Of a stretch of 64,000 bases of DNA, positions 63,478-64,000 are shown piece by piece. The DNA is from Raillietiella orientalis (taxonomy: Eukaryota): contig JAYWIR010000023.1 of NCBI GenBank assembly GCA_036172245.1, positions 310,001 to 374,000 of the forward strand. The letters are read 5' to 3'. The notes under the pieces were generated by a model, which saw nothing but the letters and a program-made list of their open reading frames with translations, ran no database searches and was not told where the DNA came from. How positions within the stretch are numbered: the stretch's first letter is position 1; each line of letters opens with the position of its first letter. Position numbers and translations under genes: made by a program.

Positions 63478-63865
63478 TTTGCTATGTGGAAACCCCAGCT
63501 GCAAGAAATGCTTTCTGAATATTCAGCAGTAGTTGATACTCCAAACACACAGACTGGATTAAGTAACTTTGCTGAAGGGGCCCTGAAGCTAGCTGCTAAG
63601 CTGAAAAATGGTTTGTATTAAAGTTAGTTAAGTAGTTTTTGTGTACTATAATTAATTTTTTTTTCATGGAAACACTGTAATCATATGATTCCTGCATTAC
63701 ATTGGAACTTGATCATTAATATTGTAGAAACTGGGAATTGGACGTCATCACTTTCATTAAGTGAAGATTATGTCATTAAATTGGTCCAAGAATGTGAGAA
63801 AAGAGAACCCTATGTTGATTATACAGTATTAGATGAAGTAATGCAGACACATTTTAGTAAAGAAG
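63478..63865 (+). CDS. Two phase-compatible exons of an unidentified gene running off the window
   Basis: Open frame MWKPQLQEMLSEYSAVV...KLKN with donor at 63611, acceptor at 63727, then ETGNW...HFSKE with donor at 63866. No family recognised. Confidence 0.4.
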
Positions 63866-64000
63866 GTGACTATTCAAAAATAAGTAATTTCTTTTTGAAA
63901 TAGAACTTATCAAAAATTTTGCAGCTCAGTCATTTGCTGTGGAAACAATTGAGAACACTTCAACACATTGTGGTTATACTGTAAGAGCTCATGGCAAATT

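Noticed and set aside
1..64000. CRISPR array, prokaryotic operon or functional tRNA/rRNA genes
   Set aside because: No regular repeat-spacer array; genes are spliceosomal and RNA-gene motifs occur only as decayed relics.

Overview
Nuclear DNA of an invertebrate, probably an arthropod (it carries an ecdysteroid 'Halloween' P450), with mostly 50-90 nt introns. Four genes can be assembled exon by exon: phosphatidylinositol synthase (+, exon 1 not found), a mitochondrial-clan P450 most like CYP315A1/shadow (-), insulin-degrading enzyme (-) and a gamma-type syntrophin (+). Two exons of an unidentified gene lie at the right edge. Much of the remaining DNA is old, heavily decayed mitochondrial DNA (NUMTs). 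The main block (~9.6-21.9 kb) keeps mitochondrial gene order and strand polarity and runs past one genome circle: nad2-cox1-cox2-atp6-cox3-nad3-nad6-cob-nad1-rrnL-rrnS-nad2-cox1-cox2-atp6. Further GC-shifted relics lie inside introns. Three copies of a Tx1/L1-like LINE end in a compensatorily conserved hairpin rather than poly(A), and two have clear target-site duplications. A second LINE fragment and a Gypsy pol relic are also present. All homology calls are by-eye comparisons to remembered family motifs; no searches were run and relic boundaries are approximate.
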